Shown here one piece after another: positions 48,098 to 57,686 of a stretch of DNA of 64,000 bases (position 1 is the first letter of the stretch; each line of letters begins with the position of its first letter). Source of the stretch: Deltaproteobacteria bacterium. GTDB taxonomy: Bacteria > Desulfobacterota > Desulfomonilia > UBA1062. A program made the position numbers and the translations under genes. The stretch covers positions 40,576-104,575 of the forward strand of contig JAKPPU010000004.1 of assembly GCA_029547185.1 (NCBI GenBank), given 5' to 3'. The notes under the pieces were generated by a model. That model was given only the letters and a program-made list of their open reading frames with translations, made no database searches and was not told where the DNA came from.

Positions 48098-51000
48098 TCA
48101 GCTTCGAGCCCATCCCCTGGAGGCGTAGTACCGTTCTTTGGCTGAATACATCATGGCATCCGCGCTCTTCATCACGTCGTCAGGGGACGTACAGTCGGAG
48201 CTGGCAAGGCCGACGCTGATGCTTAAAGGGATGGATACGGGCTGATCGCCGTTATTGGTAACCACGACGTGCAGTTTTTCAGACGCCTCGACGATGCGCC
48301 GGCAGAGGATCTCTGCCTGGCTCAAGCTTGTCGAAGGCATGAGGACGGCAAACTCGTCTCCGCCGAGTCTCGAGGCGATGTCGGTGTTCCGGCATTCGGC
48401 CTTCAGGAGCTGTGCAACCTGGATGATCGCCTCGTCTCCCTTCTCGTGTCCGTACGTGTCGTTGAGCTTCTTGAGCCCGTTGACGTCGATCATCATGATC
48501 GAGAAGAAGATATTCCGGAACTTCTTTGCATAGAGGATCGATTTGGCAAGCTCCTGATTGAGGAATGCCCGGTTGTAGAGGCCTGTAAGACCGTCGGTGC
48601 TCGCCATCCTCTCCAGCTGGATCATGAGGAGCTTGTTCTGGGTGACAGCGGAGAGCTGCCCCAGGAATACCGTGAAGATCTCCTGGGTGAGGCGATCGAT
48701 GGCCTGCCCCTTGAAGATCATGCCCCCCATGATCTTGCTTTCACGGCTTTCCATGGGGAAAATGGTCCAGACGTCGCCCTCGGACACAGGGACCCCTTCC
48801 CTCACCAGGGCATCGTTCAGCGCCCTGCCGAAGTCCGGATCGAAGATCCTTTCCCTCATCCCAAGGATCACCCTCTGCTCCTCTTCGCTGATCCCGATGA
48901 ACGAGGTCGCCTCGAGGATGTTGCGCCGCATGTTTTCAAGGATGATTCCTCCCCTGAACCCTGCGAACAATGTGTGGAGCTGGCTCAGGATGAATGCGAA
49001 GAGATCGTCCAGATTCTCGATATGGTGGATCCGTGTGCTCGTCTCAAGGAGTGTCCTGAAGATCTGGTTCTGCCTCGTGATGATCTCGTTGTTTCCCCTG
49101 ATCTCCCTCTCCTTCTGCATGGATTCGGCCAGGGCACGGTTCAGCTCTTTCGTCCTCACCTCCACCTTCTCTTCCAGCTCTTCGAGGAGAACGGCGTTCT
49201 CGATCTGGGGGCCGAGGACGAGTGAGATGTTATGCAGAACATCCAGCTCCGAGCTAGTGTATGGCGATCCGTCCGCCTTTCTCCCCAGGAGTATGATCGC
49301 GAGAAGCACTCCCTTGGAGAGGATCGGGATGACGATCTCGGTGTCCCTCAGGGGACCCTCGCTCCCGTCGAAGGCCTCGATGCTCGGATTCATTCTCAGA
49401 ATGCTTTCCTTTGTATGGATGGTCTGCTCGTACCTGCATATCTGGATGAGCGGATGGTCCTTCCCGATATGCAGAGACGAGCTCTCCCTTCCGGATGACT
49501 TCATATCCCCGAAAAGGCCTGCCTCCTGCTGAGAGTTCCATGCCTTCCAGCCGTAGTAGACCCTCTGGCCCGAGAGGTCCGGCAGAGAGAAGAGCGATAT
49601 CAGGCACGAGCCTTCGAGCACCTCAAAAAACCAGGAGCACAGGACCTGGTGAATCTTCTCGCGATGGTGGGCCCTGGAGAGATCGTCCGTCAGTCTGTAG
49701 AAACCCTCGCTCAAGGCATCGGCAGACTTCCTGATGAAGAGGTCCAGCACCGCATCCCAGCCCTTTTTGATATACTGATACAGAACCGCCACCATCAGAA
49801 TGCCCGTGAACACGGAGAGAAACGAATCCCCGCCTCCCAGGAAAAATCCGGGGGCGAGACCTGCCATGAGGCTGATCGCGATCAGGCCTGCCCAGAAGAG
49901 AATGATACGGACATACTGGAGGGCCATCTTGAGATTGAACTTGAAAAGCCCGTAGGCAAAGAAAAAGAGGGCGACAAAAACGAAGGTGCCCAGAGGGTAG
50001 ATCTCGTATCCGTAAATGGCGGGGTTGTTGCTCATGCTCAGGACCGCGAGGATCATGAATGCGGTGAGCACGTATTTGACCATGTTCCTGTTCAGGATGT
50101 CATCCCTCCTGAGGGTCTGAATGAGCAGGTAGATGCTGTAGGCGATACCCAAGCCCCACAGGGAGCTCATCACATCATAGAGGACCGCCTTACGGGCAAA
50201 GTACCCCCAGTAGTACGTGTACATCCCCTGAAAGTAGTAGTCTGTCTGGCTCAACGGCGCCATGACGGGCCCCACGAGATATGCGGCGTAGACAAGCCAC
50301 CGGTGGTCCTTTTTCCCGATCACCAGGTAGACGAGATGAAGGCTTACCCCCATGAGGAGGAGCGACAGGAAGAAGTGGTCCGCCCGGGAGATGAACAGCG
50401 CGAGCTTGATATCCGGAACGATCCCCACGAGGAAAATGTCCAGGTTCAGAAGCGAATAGCAGAAGCAGACGATGCTGAAAAGCTGGCTCTCGAGTCTGTT
50501 CTTCTCCAGTCCCAGCACGAAGAGGGAGAGAAATGCAGCGCTCAAGAATGAGAGGAGCGGGGGAATTCCATAAGGTATGACTCTTGCCGCGATGAAATCG
50601 GGGGTGTACTGTATGAAGATTCTGACGACGCAGAGCATGAGCAGGCAATAGATAAATATGAGGATGAGCCTCAGTCCGCTGGAGAGGATCTGTCTCCTCG
50701 TGTAAATGTTTATGCGCTGAATGTCCCGGTAGAAGATGCCGTATCCCATGAGAATGAGCGGTATGAAGCTCAGATTGTAGAGAGGGTATGAATCGAAGCC
50801 GATGCTCGTGATCAGGCTTCCCGACAGGAGAACCATGGCGGAGACGATCCCGGCAAGGGTAAAGATGATCCCGTTTCTCCGGTAGACGTTCCGCTCGGAT
50901 TTCATCTCCCTTTTCAGCACGACACCGGTGTAGGAAAGCATGGCAAGGAAAAGGGCAATGACGAATACAGGCCCCATTCCCTTGAACGCTATGGGGTCGC

Positions 51001-52123
51001 CGGCAAGAATGCCCTTCTCCGGGAACCACTCGGAAAACAGCACCGGCATGAGCAGAATGCCGGGAAGATAGCATGCCGCAATTTTGCTTACGTCCGTTCT
51101 GCGGGCGACGATCAGCACCAGGTGCGAGCAGATACCGACAATGTTCACCAGGAATATGTTGTTGATCGGGACGATCTGTCGGGAGAGGCCGTCCGGCAGG
51201 AACGAAATGATAAAATCCCTGAGGCTCAGGATGCAGACCAGCAGGCAGACCACCGTATAGAGGAGCGCTTCGATCCTGCTCTCCGCCTTCCTGAAAGCCA
51301 GAGAAGCGCACGTGACGGCAACCGAGAAGGAAACGATCGTTACAATCGTACGGTGGAACAGCCAGGATGCCGTCTCGTCAATATACAGGTCCCTGATATG
51401 GAACGAGATAAACAGCAGATCGCAGAACATGGGGAACATTATGAAGATGATGATGAATGCATTGAACAGATCCAGCCTCACGGAAGGCTCCTCGGCGTCT
51501 CCCTTCGAGAGTGATGCCAGGCCGGATGAAATCAGGATGAGGGGAATGAATGAAAAGCTCAAAGGGGCAGGAAAATCCTTCACGAACGGATTGACTGCAA
51601 AAAGCAGAAGAAAGAGCGATGTGCCCGATGCGAGGAGATAGCCCGGCACGAGGGAACCTCCTCCGGATGGAAGCTTTTTCATGTCCGTGAAGCACGAGAG
51701 GTTATAAGCCAGGGCCGAGAAAGCGAGCACTGCACCGAATACCTTTACCTGAGAATCGTCCGCAATTCCGAACCAGGACGCCCCCATCATCGATACGGCA
51801 AGGGCATATGCAGCCCAGACAAAGACAGTCCGTCGGCGGTTCGCCAAAACGGTATGGGTGAGGTGTAACGTAAAGGGCAGGATGAGGAGAGAGAACGGCT
51901 CCAGGAGAGAGATGCCCGATACAGGACCGGAAGAGGCCATGAAGTGCGGGCTTATGTATGCCAGGCTCCATAAGGAGACCGAAATGCAGGTAAATGCCAG
52001 GATCCTGAACTCTTTGCTTACCTCAGGAGACTTGGTGATGATGAAGATGAGAGAGAAGCACGTCAGCATAGTCGCCAGCGGGGAGAGGACATAGGGGAAG
52101 ATATGGCCGGAAATCATTTCCAA
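48098..52123 (-). CDS. Large multi-membrane diguanylate cyclase (repeated 7TM-like sensors, GAF-like domains, GGDEF)
   Basis: Long hydrophobic N-terminal half; DGLTGLYNR, IDVNGLKKLNDTYGH, RNTD I-site, LGGDEF. Confidence 0.9.
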   Translation of the reverse strand: MEMISGHIFPYVLSPLATMLTCFSLIFIITKSPEVSKEFRILAFTCISVSLWSLAYISPHFMASSGPVSGISLLEPFSLLILPFTLHLTHTVLANRRRTVFVWAAYALAVSMMGASWFGIADDSQVKVFGAVLAFSALAYNLSCFTDMKKLPSGGGSLVPGYLLASGTSLFLLLFAVNPFVKDFPAPLSFSFIPLILISSGLASLSKGDAEEPSVRLDLFNAFIIIFIMFPMFCDLLFISFHIRDLYIDETASWLFHRTIVTIVSFSVAVTCASLAFRKAESRIEALLYTVVCLLVCILSLRDFIISFLPDGLSRQIVPINNIFLVNIVGICSHLVLIVARRTDVSKIAACYLPGILLMPVLFSEWFPEKGILAGDPIAFKGMGPVFVIALFLAMLSYTGVVLKREMKSERNVYRRNGIIFTLAGIVSAMVLLSGSLITSIGFDSYPLYNLSFIPLILMGYGIFYRDIQRINIYTRRQILSSGLRLILIFIYCLLMLCVVRIFIQYTPDFIAARVIPYGIPPLLSFLSAAFLSLFVLGLEKNRLESQLFSIVCFCYSLLNLDIFLVGIVPDIKLALFISRADHFFLSLLLMGVSLHLVYLVIGKKDHRWLVYAAYLVGPVMAPLSQTDYYFQGMYTYYWGYFARKAVLYDVMSSLWGLGIAYSIYLLIQTLRRDDILNRNMVKYVLTAFMILAVLSMSNNPAIYGYEIYPLGTFVFVALFFFAYGLFKFNLKMALQYVRIILFWAGLIAISLMAGLAPGFFLGGGDSFLSVFTGILMVAVLYQYIKKGWDAVLDLFIRKSADALSEGFYRLTDDLSRAHHREKIHQVLCSWFFEVLEGSCLISLFSLPDLSGQRVYYGWKAWNSQQEAGLFGDMKSSGRESSSLHIGKDHPLIQICRYEQTIHTKESILRMNPSIEAFDGSEGPLRDTEIVIPILSKGVLLAIILLGRKADGSPYTSSELDVLHNISLVLGPQIENAVLLEELEEKVEVRTKELNRALAESMQKEREIRGNNEIITRQNQIFRTLLETSTRIHHIENLDDLFAFILSQLHTLFAGFRGGIILENMRRNILEATSFIGISEEEQRVILGMRERIFDPDFGRALNDALVREGVPVSEGDVWTIFPMESRESKIMGGMIFKGQAIDRLTQEIFTVFLGQLSAVTQNKLLMIQLERMASTDGLTGLYNRAFLNQELAKSILYAKKFRNIFFSIMMIDVNGLKKLNDTYGHEKGDEAIIQVAQLLKAECRNTDIASRLGGDEFAVLMPSTSLSQAEILCRRIVEASEKLHVVVTNNGDQPVSIPLSISVGLASSDCTSPDDVMKSADAMMYSAKERYYASRGWARS

Positions 52124-52313
52124 TGCCGCGCTTCCTTTCTACCGCATGCTGCACGCTCTTTGTGCACGTATCCCCCCTCCAGGCTTTGTATCGGAAAATC
52201 GCTCTACGGAAATTAGTCTTTCAGCGATTAATTTCTGTTAGTTTCATACCTTATCGAGCATCGAACCCTTTTTCAGGTTGAGGTCGACCGGCATATCTGG
52301 CTAGATAGTGACC

Positions 52314-54068
52314 ATGCGCAGCAGAGAGTATCGAATCAGGGCCCTTTTCGTCCGTCTGCAGGAAAAGAATGCGGCAGTCTCGGAGGTGCCTTCGGATATC
52401 TCCCGCGCCTTCCTCGGCGGCAGGGGAATCGGCTCCTGGCTCATGAGCGCCTGTCCGGGCCTTAATCCGCTCGACGAGCAGGCGCCGCTCATCTTCTCTA
52501 CCGGGCCTCTGACAGGATCGCGTATCCCGTCTTCCGACCGCATGGTGATTTCGGCCTTCTCGCCGCTGACGAATACCGTCTGCAGCGCTTCCGTGGGAGG
52601 GGGGCTCGGCCTCGCCCTGAAGCGCGCCGGCATCGACCTCGTTCACATAAGCGGCAGATCGGAAGAGCCCGTCCTCCTCGTGATCGATGGCGGGCAGGTG
52701 AGCTTCGAGAGGTACGATCTTCCTCCGGACACACCCGTAAGCGGGATTTTCGACCGGCTTAGGCGCATGAAGGGATCGGCCGCCGTCGCGGGGAGGGCAG
52801 CCTTCGAAGGCTGCCGGTATGCCTCCGTCATGGTCGACGGGACCTTCGCCTCGGGCAGGGGCGGCCTCGGCCTGGTAATGGCATCCAAGAACCTCCGTGC
52901 AGTGGTGGTCCGCGGGAAGGGAGGGTTTGAAAGCTGCGACCCCGCAGGAGAGGAAAACGCCCGCAGGGACATCATCCGGCTCTTCGACGCATCACCCGCG
53001 ATCACCGGCAGGTCGGGGATCAAGCACTACGGGACCTCGACCCTGGTGGACCTCATGGCCTCCCGCCGCATGATGCCGACGGCAAACTTCCGGAGGACGT
53101 ACTTCGAGGATTACCGGTCATTCTGCGCCGCCAGGATCCGGGAGCGGACGCATCCGAAGCACTACGCCTGTCCCGGATGCCCGATCGCCTGCAAACAGAA
53201 GGGGCTCTCCGAGATCCCGGAATTCGAGACCCTCTCCCACTTCGGTGCCCTGAACGAAAACGCCGACTTGGGCGCCATCATCGAGGCCAACCGCCTGTGC
53301 AACGAAGCGGGCATGGACACCATCACCGCGGCCTCCACCATCGCATGCCTCGCCGAGATCAGAAATGAGAGGTATGCAGGAGAAGCGCTCGTGGAGAAGG
53401 TCAGGGAGATCGCATACGGCCATGGAGACGGCCCCCTGCTCAGGCTGGGATCGGCCGGGCTCGCGAATAAGCTCGGAGAGCCGGACAGGTCCATGAGCGT
53501 GAAGTCTCTCGAAATCCCGGCCTATGACCCGCGAGGGGCCTACGGCATGGCGCTCGCCTACTGCACGTCGACGAGGGGCGCATGCCATCTGCGTGCATAT
53601 CCGATCTCCCACGAGATCCTCCGGAAGCCCGTGGCAACGGACCGGTTCTCCTTTTCCGGAAAGGCGAGGATCATCAAGATATCCGAAGATCTGAATGCCG
53701 TCATCGATTCCATCGGCGCATGCAAGTTCGCGTTCTTCGGCGCCTCGCTCGAGGAATACGCCAAGGGGCTCTCTGCCGTCACCGGCCTCGACTGCGACAC
53801 CCAGGACCTGCTCGCCGCCGGGGACGCCATCTATACCCTCGAGCGCCACATCAACAATCTCCGCGGCTTCGACCGGAAGGACGACATGCTGCCCTCACGG
53901 TTCTTCACCGAGCCGGGCACGCACGGGCCCGGCATCGAAATCCCGCCCATCGACAGGGGCGCCTTCGAAGAGACCCTCGACAGATACTACCGGATCAGGG
54001 GATGCAAACCCGACGGAACGCTCACGGGCGAGCGGATCGGAGAGCTGAACATATGCAGAAGCAGATAG
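52314..54068 (+). CDS. Aldehyde:ferredoxin oxidoreductase (W/Mo-pterin) family
   Basis: FLGGRGIG, SPLT, GRGGLGLVMASKNLRA, CPGCPIAC, PEFET, GMDTI, YDPR, RGACH. Confidence 0.93.
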   Translation: MRSREYRIRALFVRLQEKNAAVSEVPSDISRAFLGGRGIGSWLMSACPGLNPLDEQAPLIFSTGPLTGSRIPSSDRMVISAFSPLTNTVCSASVGGGLGLALKRAGIDLVHISGRSEEPVLLVIDGGQVSFERYDLPPDTPVSGIFDRLRRMKGSAAVAGRAAFEGCRYASVMVDGTFASGRGGLGLVMASKNLRAVVVRGKGGFESCDPAGEENARRDIIRLFDASPAITGRSGIKHYGTSTLVDLMASRRMMPTANFRRTYFEDYRSFCAARIRERTHPKHYACPGCPIACKQKGLSEIPEFETLSHFGALNENADLGAIIEANRLCNEAGMDTITAASTIACLAEIRNERYAGEALVEKVREIAYGHGDGPLLRLGSAGLANKLGEPDRSMSVKSLEIPAYDPRGAYGMALAYCTSTRGACHLRAYPISHEILRKPVATDRFSFSGKARIIKISEDLNAVIDSIGACKFAFFGASLEEYAKGLSAVTGLDCDTQDLLAAGDAIYTLERHINNLRGFDRKDDMLPSRFFTEPGTHGPGIEIPPIDRGAFEETLDRYYRIRGCKPDGTLTGERIGELNICRSR

Positions 54069-55198
54069 ACAAATACCTTGCAAAGCTCGAAAAGCAGGGC
54101 CTCATCGAAGGGGAGCACGGCGCCTCGCTCTTCGGGCTCGACGACGAGATCTACACAAATGCCGGGACCGTGCCGGATGAGATACGCACGCTCTTTTCTC
54201 TCCTCAATATCAACAGTCTCATCGTCGCCAGGCCCGAGCCTCTTCTCTGGTCCATCATCACCCGTCTCGCTTCCGAAGATGAGATCATCCGACCGTGCGA
54301 CTGCGAGAGCCTCACCTTCTTCCACGACGTCCCGGTCGTGCAGTCCCTGCAGGCCGGCCCGGTGGCCCGGGCCCTGAACCGCCGCAAGGGCTGCATCGTA
54401 AAGGACACGGGCATCGTCACGTTCGGCACGGTGAACCTGGAGCAGGCGTTCATCACCATGAGCTCCATCTGCTTTGCGAGCTTCGTGAAATTCTTCAGCG
54501 ACGCATTGAACGGCCTGCACGGCTGCGGCTGTACCCCGAAGCCCGATCCCTTGAGGATCGACGCCGTGCTCGAGCTGATCGGGCAGGCGGCGCCCATGCC
54601 CTCGCGGAGCATCCCTGCCGTTCATGAGCTCAAGGACGAGGCTCAGATAATCCGCGCCATGGACGAGGCCGGAAAGGCCCTCGTGGGCTCGAGGCTCGTG
54701 GATTCCTTCTTCGGAAACATCTCGTACCGGCAGGGAGACATCATCTACATCTCCCAGACCGGCTCGTCCTTGGACGAGCTTCCGGGCTGCATCGACCGCG
54801 TCCCCCTCGACGGCTCGTCCACATGCGAGATCACCTCGTCGTCAGAGCTTCTCGCTCATGTGAAGACCTATGAGCTCACCGCGGACAATGCCATTCTCCA
54901 CGGTCATCCGCGATTCTCCGTGATCATGTCCATGTTCGGAGGAGAACTCCCGTTCGGAGAGAAGCGCTTCGTCGAAGACATCCCCGTCGTATCCGGCGAG
55001 GTGGGCGCAGGCAGGCACGGCCTCTCGCACACCCTGCCGCCTGCCGTGAAGGAGCACGGCGGTGCGATCGTCTCCGGGCACGGCACCTTCACGAGCGGGG
55101 CTGTCTCCTTTTCAGATGCCTTCGATCGGCTCTCGGAGATAGAGCACAGATGCTACCTCGCCTACCGGGAGCTGCTCAGGAAAGGGGGCGCCGGGTGA
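54053..55198 (+). CDS. Class II aldolase/adducin family protein
   Basis: VDSFFGNISY, SSELLAH, ILHGHP, VSGHG; overlaps the end of the AOR gene. Confidence 0.8.
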   Translation: MQKQIDKYLAKLEKQGLIEGEHGASLFGLDDEIYTNAGTVPDEIRTLFSLLNINSLIVARPEPLLWSIITRLASEDEIIRPCDCESLTFFHDVPVVQSLQAGPVARALNRRKGCIVKDTGIVTFGTVNLEQAFITMSSICFASFVKFFSDALNGLHGCGCTPKPDPLRIDAVLELIGQAAPMPSRSIPAVHELKDEAQIIRAMDEAGKALVGSRLVDSFFGNISYRQGDIIYISQTGSSLDELPGCIDRVPLDGSSTCEITSSSELLAHVKTYELTADNAILHGHPRFSVIMSMFGGELPFGEKRFVEDIPVVSGEVGAGRHGLSHTLPPAVKEHGGAIVSGHGTFTSGAVSFSDAFDRLSEIEHRCYLAYRELLRKGGAG

Positions 55199-55259
55199 GA
55201 GCGCCGCATATATTCAAGATAAGGATGAAAAACATATCACATTGAGAGGAGGTTGTCCC

Positions 55260-56333
55260 ATGAAGGTTCTCGCAGTCAATTCAAGCCCGAGAAAGGACGA
55301 GCACAGCAAGACGAAGCAGATGCTCACGGCCCTCGTCGAGGGGATGAGAGAGGCCGGCGCGCACGTGGACGTCGTGGACCTCAAAAGCAAAAAGGTGAGG
55401 AACTGCATCGGGTGCCTGAGCTGCTGGACCAAGACACCGGGGATCTGCTCCATCAAGGACGACATGACCAGCGAGCTCTTCCCCCTGTGGATCGAGTCCG
55501 ACCTGGCAGTGTATGCCTCGCCGCTCTACCACTTCACGGTGAATGCCTCGATGAAGGCCTTCATCGAGAGGACCCTGCCCGTGCTGCAGCCGTTTTTAAT
55601 AACGTTCGGAACGGAAACCGTCCACCCGCTGCGCCATAAGCATCCCAAGATCGCGCTTCTCTCCGTGGCCGGGTTCCCTGAGCATTCCGTCTTCAGCCAG
55701 CTCTCGTCGTGGGCAAATTTCATCTACGGCCGCTTCGGCATGCTTTCCGCCGAGATCTACCGCCCCCTCGCAGAGGCGCTCTCCCTGCCTTCGCTTGAAA
55801 GTAAAGCCCGGGAGATCTTCGACGCCACCCGCCAGGCAGGAAGGGAGATCGTGGAGAACGGGAAGATCTCCGACGAGACGATGTCGGGAATTACCCGGGA
55901 TCTTGTCGGCGACGTGAAGCTCTTCCACGATGTGGGGAACATCATGTGGAAAACCTGCATCAACGAGTGCATGAGCCCGGCTGAAATGTGGGAGAAAGGC
56001 CTCGTCCCCGTCCCCGGATCGATTGCCGACTTCAGGAAGCTCATGCTGTTCGGATTCATGCCCCAGGCTGCCGGAGACATGAAGGCAGTCATCAGGTTCG
56101 ATTTCACCGGGAGCCGGGAGGGATCGTGCTCTTTCACCATAGAGAATGGCGGGATCAGGGCAAGCGACGAGACTGCGGATTCTCCTGACCTCACGATCGA
56201 GACCGATTTCGATTTGTGGGCGGACATCATGAGCGGGAAGCTGGACGGGAGGCAGATGTTCACCGAGCAGAGGTATAAGGCGCAAGGAGATCTCGGCATT
56301 CTCATGCGGATGCACGAACTCTTCGGGGTTTGA
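55260..56333 (+). CDS. Iron-sulfur flavoprotein/FMN reductase domain fused to an SCP2 lipid-binding domain
   Basis: VNSSPR, CIGCLSCW...C, ASPLY; C-terminal IRFDFTG...PDLTIETD...YKAQGD. Confidence 0.85.
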   Translation: MKVLAVNSSPRKDEHSKTKQMLTALVEGMREAGAHVDVVDLKSKKVRNCIGCLSCWTKTPGICSIKDDMTSELFPLWIESDLAVYASPLYHFTVNASMKAFIERTLPVLQPFLITFGTETVHPLRHKHPKIALLSVAGFPEHSVFSQLSSWANFIYGRFGMLSAEIYRPLAEALSLPSLESKAREIFDATRQAGREIVENGKISDETMSGITRDLVGDVKLFHDVGNIMWKTCINECMSPAEMWEKGLVPVPGSIADFRKLMLFGFMPQAAGDMKAVIRFDFTGSREGSCSFTIENGGIRASDETADSPDLTIETDFDLWADIMSGKLDGRQMFTEQRYKAQGDLGILMRMHELFGV

Positions 56334-56398
56334 GAGGAATGAATCTCCCTGCCCTCTGAAGAATTTTTCATCTTTTGAGAAATATTTCGTCAGGAGGA

Positions 56399-56604
56399 AG
56401 GGGAGCCGGGGAGGACCCTTCCTTCACCGAAATCGCCTTTTGAGGCATCCACAGACGGCGTCTTAAGGCCGATCCCGTAAACTCGCCTCCCTTAAGGGAG
56501 GCTCAAACAGTACAGGATCAAGAGGCCTTAAGTCTCCGTCTGGTCTGCCTTAGCAAAAGGCGATTAACGGTTCATCCAGGATTACCCCTGACTCCCTAGG
56601 CACG
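56399..56604. repeat. ~206-bp nested-palindrome intergenic element, copy 2
   Basis: Shares ATCGCCTTTTG, GCGTCTTAAGGCCG, CCCGTAAACTCGCCTCCCTT, GCTCAAACAGTAC, GCAAAAGGCGAT and AACGGTTCATCCAGG with copy 1, in the same orientation. Confidence 0.85.
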
Positions 56605-56765
56605 CTTGGTTTTTTTAAGTTCACAATTTATTTTGAACGGAAGACCAGATTGTTCAGACTCATTGTATAAAATAGTGACGGGGGTGCAAAAATAATTGAC
56701 AGGGCGGATTCTGCCACCAATTTTATAACATATTGATTATATACTTTCTTTTTGGAAGGGGCCTC

Positions 56766-56781
56766 TGGCATGGTATTTGTA
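56766..56781 (+). promoter_or_regulatory. Putative sigma54 (-24/-12) promoter
   Basis: TGGCATGGTATTTGTA (GG-N10-GT) about 33 nt upstream of the lytic transglycosylase ATG, preceded by an AT-rich tract. Confidence 0.5.
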
Positions 56782-56813
56782 TCCTTCAGGGAAAACCCTT
56801 GTGAGGGGGCGGA

Positions 56814-57578
56814 ATGAAGGTAAATACGGACTATTACCTCGAGCAGGTGAGGCAGATACTCCCTGCCGTCAGCAGGGATACGGCCGATAACGGCGTAGCG
56901 TCTTCCTTTGCCGACATGCTCGAAGATGTCGTGAACCGGCAGGCATCGGGAAAGCCCGGGATCGATTCGCTGAGCAAGGACCGGCTCAGGATGCTGGCGG
57001 AGATGGTGAGCATCCGGATGGGCTACTCGGTGCTCAACTCGCTCGGCAGCGGCGACCGTGAATCGGAAGATGCATCCCCTGTCCCGGTCTCCCTGTTTTC
57101 CGGGCTGTCTCCCTGCTCTTCTGCCCGGGGGATAGAGCAGGCAGATCCGGAGCTCGGAGGCTTCACGACGGAACCTTCATCCTCAGGACATGGGGAAAAT
57201 GAGTTCGCCTCCATCATCGACCGCGCCTCCCGGAGGTACGGGGTCGACAGCAGCCTGATCAGATCGGTCATCAGCGCCGAGAGCGGCTTCGACCCGCGGG
57301 CCACCTCACCGAAAGGCGCGATGGGGCTCATGCAGCTCATGCCCGACACTGCACGGGGGCTGGGCGTGAGGGACGCCTACGATCCTGAGGAGAACATCAT
57401 GGCGGGGACGCGCTATTTGAAATATCTCCTCGACAGGTACGACGGGAACGTTCCCCTGGCCCTGGCGGCATACAACTGGGGCATGGGCAACGTGGAGCGC
57501 GGGACCGGGAGGTTCCCCGAAGAGACCCGCGGATATGTTGCAAGGATCATGAGGAGCTACAGGGAGGACGGCGTCTAG
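56814..57578 (+). CDS. Lytic transglycosylase (SLT domain)
   Basis: VISAESGF, GAMGLMQLMP, LAAYNWG. Confidence 0.92.
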   Translation: MKVNTDYYLEQVRQILPAVSRDTADNGVASSFADMLEDVVNRQASGKPGIDSLSKDRLRMLAEMVSIRMGYSVLNSLGSGDRESEDASPVPVSLFSGLSPCSSARGIEQADPELGGFTTEPSSSGHGENEFASIIDRASRRYGVDSSLIRSVISAESGFDPRATSPKGAMGLMQLMPDTARGLGVRDAYDPEENIMAGTRYLKYLLDRYDGNVPLALAAYNWGMGNVERGTGRFPEETRGYVARIMRSYREDGV

Positions 57579-57686
57579 GGGCTCACCCGGGGCCTTTCCT
57601 GCCGGCAGCCGAGGAATCCAGTATCACGGATCTTCGTACCCTTGCCTGATTTATCCCTGATTCCTAATATAGTTCTAGCATTGTTC

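Noticed and set aside
53582-55198. 538-aa aldolase ORF (similarly the 633-aa ORF at 41212-43113)
   Set aside because: The extensions overlap the AOR and DUF362 genes out of frame; true starts are 54053 and 42843.
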